A DNA stretch of 64,000 nucleotides, from the NCBI GenBank assembly GCA_038046765.1, contig JBBSVN010000012.1:57025-121024 (forward strand), given 5' to 3'. Position 1 is the stretch's first letter, and every line of letters starts with the position of its first letter. A program made the position numbers and the translations under genes. The DNA comes from Candidatus Micrarchaeota archaeon. GTDB taxonomy: Archaea; Micrarchaeota; Micrarchaeia; Anstonellales; Bilamarchaeaceae. Below, one piece after another: positions 58,444-64,000 of this stretch. The notes under the pieces were generated by a model that ran no database searches, was not told where the DNA came from, and saw only the letters and a program-made list of their open reading frames with translations.

Positions 58444-58519
58444 TATCTTGTATTTAGTATATTTAACTATTTTTACATAAATAACAACATTTAAAAAGAC
58501 GTTTAAACATCAGTACTAT

Positions 58520-59221
58520 ATGTCCAGATTACGATTCTTCAAAGAAAGAAAACCAACAGAACAAAAACCAAAGGAACCGCGTTCAAAGTATCATCCCGCA
58601 GAAGTAGCATGGAAAGCGTACTTTTTGGCTGATGATTTGGTTTATACTGGAATTAACAAAGCTAAAAGTCAAATCCAAACAAAGACAGGATGGAGCGAAA
58701 TTGCTGCTGGAGGTATACTAACCACTGTATCTTCACTTATTTTAATTAAATTAAAAATGCTCGTTGTAGAAATTTATCACACGCAACTTATACAAAAAGA
58801 CTCGAACATAAGTTTGTCCAAATACTTATTTTTTGTTTCAGCAAGTACTATTGGTGCACTTGCTCAACTAAACAAAATTCAAAATTCCGATGCAATTGCT
58901 GAATCTTTATGGCAACGTCTTGCTAGAATCATTCGTTTTCCTGTGCTGTTTGGTTGCTCCTCTTTATACGCCCTTTCAATGTATGAAATGACTCAAACCA
59001 AATCCCACACAATTTTTGATCTTTTTTATAGTTTAGCTGATTTTAGTGACTTTAATATTATGGCAGGAATTTTCTTGTATCTTAACAGTTCAAGTAACGG
59101 TATGTTCGATCGAACCAAGCAATGGTTAAAATCATTAAAAGAACGCGCAAGTTCTGCAATAAAACCCGTATCCGAACCTGCTTTAGTTCCAGTAAGCGTA
59201 AAATTCGAAACAAAAAGCTAA
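58520..59221 (+). CDS. Hypothetical membrane protein
   Basis: Several hydrophobic segments; no family recognised. Confidence 0.5.
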   Translation: MSRLRFFKERKPTEQKPKEPRSKYHPAEVAWKAYFLADDLVYTGINKAKSQIQTKTGWSEIAAGGILTTVSSLILIKLKMLVVEIYHTQLIQKDSNISLSKYLFFVSASTIGALAQLNKIQNSDAIAESLWQRLARIIRFPVLFGCSSLYALSMYEMTQTKSHTIFDLFYSLADFSDFNIMAGIFLYLNSSSNGMFDRTKQWLKSLKERASSAIKPVSEPALVPVSVKFETKS

Positions 59222-59324
59222 GTTGGGTATTTATACCTTCGCACACCTAGACTATTCGCACTTGAATAACAAATAAAAATATAAAAAATAAAGCGAAAGA
59301 TCCAATCAATCGTGGCGCGTGATC

Positions 59325-60947
59325 ATGAAAAAACAAGAGTACCTACTGTTTGTACTAATAATCGCTATTGCAGCAATCTACCTGCTTGGACAAAGTGCGA
59401 TAGTTCTACCTGTTCTTGTTATAAAAAGTTTTGTTCGTATGTTTTTTGCCTACGCAGCATCTTTAGTATTCTCACTGTTCGTTGGAATTTTTATTGCACA
59501 TAATAAAAAAGCATTTAATATTATTTTTCCCATTTTGGATATTTTACAGTCAGTACCTATCTTGGGGTTTTTACCATTCGCAGTACTCTTCATAATTCAT
59601 ACAATACCAATTTTAGGAAGCGAAGTCTCTACAGTATTTTTAATTTTTACAAGCATGACCTGGGCCATTATATTTAATATCATAGAAGGTGCACGTTCAA
59701 TTCCATATGATATAAAAGATGCATCAAAATTAAATGGTCTTACTGGCATTAAATATATATTTCATGTTATTTTTCCAGCGCTTTATCCAGCAATAATTTC
59801 TGGAAGCATAACTGGCTGGGGCGGGGCGTGGTATTTCCTATTTGCTGGAGAATATGTTACATTTGGTAAGGAACCTCCGTATATACTTGAAGGTGTAGGT
59901 TCTTTTATAGCTAAATCTGCATACTCTGGAAATCTGTTTCTATCTCTTTTAGGCATGGGCATACTTGCTGCAATGGTTCTGTTTATGAATACATTTGTAT
60001 GGTATCCACTAAGTTCAAGAATTTCAAGATACAGTTACAGTTTCTATAGTCAAAATACGGGGCCCGTAACAAGCAATTCAATAACCGACCAGTTAGATAA
60101 AATCTATCTCTCTTTTCGTTCATTTTGTCTTAGTTTTTTCCAAGTTAAATCAACCAAAATAATCGAATTTCTAGGAATTAGTCCAAATTCAAATATCGAA
60201 CAAAAAAGCACTAATATTAGCATATACGATTATGCGATAGTTTCATTTATTCTGGTTTGTTTTATCGTTTTGTTTGTAATATCGAATAAACCTCTTCTGG
60301 AGATATTTACCATTCTAGAATATACTATGTATACTATGTTTCGGCTCGGTATTGCTTACATAATCGCAGCAACATGGACCGTTTTAGCTTCGATCTATTT
60401 AGTTAAAAATAAAAAATTACTCAAACTATTACTTCCAGTTTTTGATGTCGCACAGTCTATTCCTGCTATTGCAATATTTCCTATATTAGTCGTATTTCTG
60501 ATTTCATCTATTGGCGGAAATTATGGTCTTGAAATCGGCTCAATAATCCTTCTATTAACTGGTATGCAATGGTATCTTTTATTTAACGTAATACGCGCGC
60601 TTCAAGCGATTCCTGGTGAAATTATCGAACTATCCGAGGTTCTTAATCTTAAAACTGTTGATAAACTAAAAAATATTCTACTACCGGCAATTTTTCCAAC
60701 ATTTATAATTGGAAGTATTCAGGCGGTTGGCGGAGGTTGGAATGCTTCAATTATTAGTGAATATATCCCATACAAAGATCAAATCTTCTTTGTTAAAGGA
60801 CTTGGTTACTTGCTCGATGTATCTGCCGCAAAAGGCGATTTTTTTGGTATTTTATTAAGTGTATCCGTAATGATCATGGTAATAATATTTCTAAATAAAT
60901 TTTTATGGGGCAAAGCATTAAAACGTGCAGACTTGTATAAGTTCTAA
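59325..60947 (+). CDS. NitT/TauT-family ABC importer permease with two fused BPD_transp_1 domains
   Basis: Internal duplication: LDILQSVPILGF..WAIIFN..GWGGAWY..GE and FDVAQSIPAIAI..WYLLFN..AVGGGWNASIISE. Confidence 0.88.
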   Translation: MKKQEYLLFVLIIAIAAIYLLGQSAIVLPVLVIKSFVRMFFAYAASLVFSLFVGIFIAHNKKAFNIIFPILDILQSVPILGFLPFAVLFIIHTIPILGSEVSTVFLIFTSMTWAIIFNIIEGARSIPYDIKDASKLNGLTGIKYIFHVIFPALYPAIISGSITGWGGAWYFLFAGEYVTFGKEPPYILEGVGSFIAKSAYSGNLFLSLLGMGILAAMVLFMNTFVWYPLSSRISRYSYSFYSQNTGPVTSNSITDQLDKIYLSFRSFCLSFFQVKSTKIIEFLGISPNSNIEQKSTNISIYDYAIVSFILVCFIVLFVISNKPLLEIFTILEYTMYTMFRLGIAYIIAATWTVLASIYLVKNKKLLKLLLPVFDVAQSIPAIAIFPILVVFLISSIGGNYGLEIGSIILLLTGMQWYLLFNVIRALQAIPGEIIELSEVLNLKTVDKLKNILLPAIFPTFIIGSIQAVGGGWNASIISEYIPYKDQIFFVKGLGYLLDVSAAKGDFFGILLSVSVMIMVIIFLNKFLWGKALKRADLYKF

Positions 60948-60973
60948 AAATAATTATTTTAAAGGTTTAGAAT

Positions 60974-61717
60974 ATGAACGAATTAATCGTCCGAAATGTT
61001 TCAAAGAAATACGATGTCGATGGAAACGAAGTCATAGCCCTGGAAAATATTTCTTTTACTGTTAAGAAAAGAGAATCGATATCTATAGTTGGACCTTCTG
61101 GTTGCGGCAAAACAACTCTTATTCGTATGATTTGTGGTCTGGAAGAGCCTAATTTTGGGAATATTGTTTTTGAGGGCAAACCCGTTAAAGGTCCAAATGC
61201 AGATATTATGTTAATTTTCCAGTCATTTGCGCTTCTACCTTGGAAAACCGTTAGTGAAAATGTTGAACTCGCTTTGCTTGATAAACCTGAAAAAGAGCGA
61301 AAAGAAATTGCAGAAAAATTTATCGATCTAGTCGGTTTAGATGGGTTTGAATCAAGTTATCCAAAGGAGTTAAGCGGAGGAATGAAACAGCGTGTTGGTA
61401 TTGCGCGTGCAATTTGTCGTGAACCAGAAATTCTTCTTTTAGATGAACCTTTTAGTGCTTTAGACGCTTTAACAGCTAACAATCTAAGGAACGAAACTTT
61501 GAAATTTTATTTAAGTAAGCAACATAAGCCAAATGTTTTAATCATGGTAACTCATTCTATTGAAGAAGCAGTTTATATGTCGAATCGGGTTATTGTTTTA
61601 TCTAAAAGACCTGGTTCAATTGTTGCGGATATTAAGATTGATTTACCTTTTCCACGTGATAAACGAAATCCCAAGTTTTATGAATATGTAGATAAGATTA
61701 CGGCGTTGATAACTTAA
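60974..61717 (+). CDS. NitT/TauT (SsuB/TauB-like) ABC ATP-binding protein
   Basis: GPSGCGKT, FQSFALLPW, LSGGMKQRV, LLDEPFSALD, VTHSIEEA. Confidence 0.95.
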   Translation: MNELIVRNVSKKYDVDGNEVIALENISFTVKKRESISIVGPSGCGKTTLIRMICGLEEPNFGNIVFEGKPVKGPNADIMLIFQSFALLPWKTVSENVELALLDKPEKERKEIAEKFIDLVGLDGFESSYPKELSGGMKQRVGIARAICREPEILLLDEPFSALDALTANNLRNETLKFYLSKQHKPNVLIMVTHSIEEAVYMSNRVIVLSKRPGSIVADIKIDLPFPRDKRNPKFYEYVDKITALIT

Positions 61718-61738
61718 ATTAGAAAACATAATAAATTA

Positions 61739-62242
61739 TTAATCCTCCAAACTCTTTGGGGTTAAAGCAGCAGTATATATCTGTTTTGACCCATCGTATT
61801 CGAATATTTCGGTATATCCGCCCCATGTTAACATTAGTTTATGGAATCTTTGTGTATCTTCTATAACCATTCCATGCGATTTTAAGTGTGCGATTATCTC
61901 TTTTTCATAAACCTGTCCTTCTTTTTTAATTAGTTGTAGAATTGTTTTAAATGGTTCAAGCTTAATTAACTGTTTTCTTAGGACTTTTTTCTTATCGTCA
62001 ATTGTTCCTAAGTTTACTGCTTCACCAAAAAGTGTAAGCTGGACTACTCCTTCTTTTACTTTTACCAAATGGAGAAGTTCCGACATATCAATTACATCTC
62101 CTAAGTCATCTAGTTGCATGCGTAATTCTTCAGCTAAAAATGAAATTTTAGTTTTGCCTCCGTAAGCATATATTATTTCAACTAACCCTAGGACTTCTCC
62201 TACGTTAGCATCTGGAAACGGAAGCATCTTATGTTTAACCAT
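61739..62242 (-). CDS. Stand-alone C-terminal AAA-associated domain protein (PF09821-like)
   Basis: PDANVGEVLGLVE, LAEELRMQLDDL, LTLFG, WGGYTEIFEYD resemble the domain normally fused to NitT/TauT ATPases. Confidence 0.75.
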   Translation of the reverse strand: MVKHKMLPFPDANVGEVLGLVEIIYAYGGKTKISFLAEELRMQLDDLGDVIDMSELLHLVKVKEGVVQLTLFGEAVNLGTIDDKKKVLRKQLIKLEPFKTILQLIKKEGQVYEKEIIAHLKSHGMVIEDTQRFHKLMLTWGGYTEIFEYDGSKQIYTAALTPKSLED

Positions 62243-62332
62243 ATTACATACACATATTTCTTTGAGTAGTTTATTATTGTGCTTTTATTATATAGAAAAG
62301 AAGGAAAAGGATAATAAACGTATGTCCATCGT

Positions 62333-63895
62333 TTATAAGAGTGTTTTCTTTACTTTTTCAACTCCAATTGCATGAATTAGTTTTCCTAATTTGGGCCCAG
62401 ACTCCTGATTGATGAGAGTTAAGTAAAATGCTTTGAACAAATCTTTCATTTCAAGTTTGTTTGCCTTAGAATATTCGTAAACAGCATTTTGCATTTCTTC
62501 TGCACTCATATTATCTTGCAAATTTTGCAGTGCACCAATCACACCTGCATTTTCTGTCTTTTTCATTTTAACTTCAAACAAATATTTGCTAGAAATCAGT
62601 TTTCTCTCTATCCAAACTTGCATATATTGCTTTAGATTTTCTACTCCTTGCTTGTCTTCAACCAATTCTGCAACTTTATCCCAATTCTTGTAAATGCTAT
62701 AATACAATACTGCATCTCCAACGTCAAAATTCCAGGTTTTTTTAGCATCGCATAATTCATATGCAATTATTTTCTTATTATCTGCCCTGTGTAGTTCATC
62801 TGCTTTGTCTGTTTGTCCAATTTTTCTAAATTCATCTAAAATTGGCATCAATGTTTCTACATCTATTACTAATTCTTTATCCTGTTCAACATCTGACTTA
62901 AGAAGAATGTATTTTATTATTTCTTCTGGAAGTAGTTCAAGCATTTCATTTATTGTGTGTCCAATTCCCTTACTTTTACTGTACTTTTTACCTTTGTACT
63001 TTAACAAACCAAATTTGTACATATAAGGTGGTTCTTCTTTGTAAAATTCACTGTGAATTTTTTTAAGTGTTGCAATAGTTCCTCCTGGCGAGTGATGATC
63101 GACGCTTCCGCCTTCTACGATTACGTTTAGGAATTTTTGCCTTGTTGGCCAATCAAGCCTAAAAAGTAGTTTGTAGTTGTGGTTTTCGATTTTATCTTCG
63201 CTTTCATTGTTACATTTTGAGCATTTATACTTGTAAGTGCCTTCATTGTAGGATAATACAATGTTCCGATATACATTATTGCATTTAGTACATATTGGCA
63301 TTATTGGAAACCATTCATCAGGCATTTTATCTCTGTTTGAACTCTTTCCAACGATTTCTTTTACCTGATCTTTATTTTCGCACATCATCTTTGCGAATTG
63401 ATCATATTTTCCCTGTTTGTATAAATCGCTAGCCCTAAGGAATTCAACATTTACTCCAAATGCTTTCATTATTTTTTGTGTTTCAGCAACAAAGTGGTCT
63501 GCAAAACTATTATGGCATTTCATCGGATCCTTTGCATAAACTAGTGCCATTCCCATTTGAGGGGTTATTTCTTGTTCGTATTGTTTTAGTGGTTCAGGGA
63601 TTGAATCTAAATCATCTAAATCATCAGAGACAAATCGGAATTCAGTTTTCCCGTATTTTTCTAGTTTCTTTGAAACTGCGTAAGCGTACATGAATTCGCA
63701 TAGCGTTCCAGGGTGAACAGGTCCACTTGGGGTAATCCCAGCTAAGACTACGTAAGGTGGTTGTTTTTCTTTTGATATTTTTTGTGCAACTATTTCTGTC
63801 CAGTGCATTGACTTTATAGATTCCTGTTGTGAGTCTTGTGTTTGGTGTTCTGCCTGATTTTCGTTCGCAGCATTATTGCTAGGTTTAGAGTTCAT
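62333..63895 (-). CDS. lysS: Lysine-tRNA ligase, class I
   Basis: HWTE, GITPSGPVHPG, PICTKC, RLDWP, KYSKSKG, SGPKLG; start taken at ATG 63895. Confidence 0.95.
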   Translation of the reverse strand: MNSKPSNNAANENQAEHQTQDSQQESIKSMHWTEIVAQKISKEKQPPYVVLAGITPSGPVHPGTLCEFMYAYAVSKKLEKYGKTEFRFVSDDLDDLDSIPEPLKQYEQEITPQMGMALVYAKDPMKCHNSFADHFVAETQKIMKAFGVNVEFLRASDLYKQGKYDQFAKMMCENKDQVKEIVGKSSNRDKMPDEWFPIMPICTKCNNVYRNIVLSYNEGTYKYKCSKCNNESEDKIENHNYKLLFRLDWPTRQKFLNVIVEGGSVDHHSPGGTIATLKKIHSEFYKEEPPYMYKFGLLKYKGKKYSKSKGIGHTINEMLELLPEEIIKYILLKSDVEQDKELVIDVETLMPILDEFRKIGQTDKADELHRADNKKIIAYELCDAKKTWNFDVGDAVLYYSIYKNWDKVAELVEDKQGVENLKQYMQVWIERKLISSKYLFEVKMKKTENAGVIGALQNLQDNMSAEEMQNAVYEYSKANKLEMKDLFKAFYLTLINQESGPKLGKLIHAIGVEKVKKTLL

Positions 63896-64000
63896 AAATA
63901 ATTTTATGCTATGAATAATTTTAAATCCTGTCGAACGGCAGGTTAAACAGTAGTTCCGAACTTCTTTTAACACATTAAAAATAGCCACTGTTTATTCTGA

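Noticed and set aside
63927..63994. Hairpins upstream of lysS as an ncRNA or tRNA
   Set aside because: No cloverleaf or T-loop consensus; the stems favour opposite strands and the region is cut by the window edge.
1..64000. Many short ORF-track entries antisense to or nested in long genes (e.g. 32-322, 18174-18707, 47694-48098, 49411-49815)
   Set aside because: Shadow ORFs of well-supported genes, with no motifs of their own.
1..64000. CRISPR arrays, cas genes, transposases, integrases, rRNA or tRNA
   Set aside because: None recognised by inspection; no regularly spaced direct repeats seen. A tRNAscan or CRISPR scan could not be run.

Overview
AT-rich archaeal chromosomal segment: PolD DP1/DP2, Cdc6/Orc1, class I LysRS, CysRS, UPF0147 and a DRG GTPase, with GGTGA-type ribosome-binding sites. 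Gene content and the many orphan or surface proteins suggest a DPANN lineage, possibly Micrarchaeota (inference). The main candidate new system lies at 12.0-23.4 kb. It is a five-gene complex I / group-4-hydrogenase-related (Ehr/Hyf-like) operon whose antiporter-like membrane subunits keep their charged channel residues. Its large subunit lacks the NiFe cysteines, its NuoB-like small subunit has no cysteine at all, and no NuoI/HyfH ferredoxin subunit is present, so it looks redox-cofactor-free. It is flanked on both sides by three paralogous tandem-domain beta-carbonic-anhydrase-like genes (one intact, one degenerate, one with a split Zn site). This suggests a pmf-coupled CO2/bicarbonate or pH machine analogous to, but built differently from, DAB/MpsAB and NDH-1/CUP. 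Other items: an unannotated C/D-box sRNA, a DtxR/IdeR-like box plus heptamer-repeat hairpin upstream of sod, a Gln-terminated LAGLIDADG intein in DP2, a polytopic-membrane double AAA+ ATPase, a NitT/TauT ABC transporter with no binding protein in the window and a detached AAA-associated domain, secreted hydrolases, about six TA-like loci and two pseudogenes. No CRISPR array, rRNA or tRNA was recognised.
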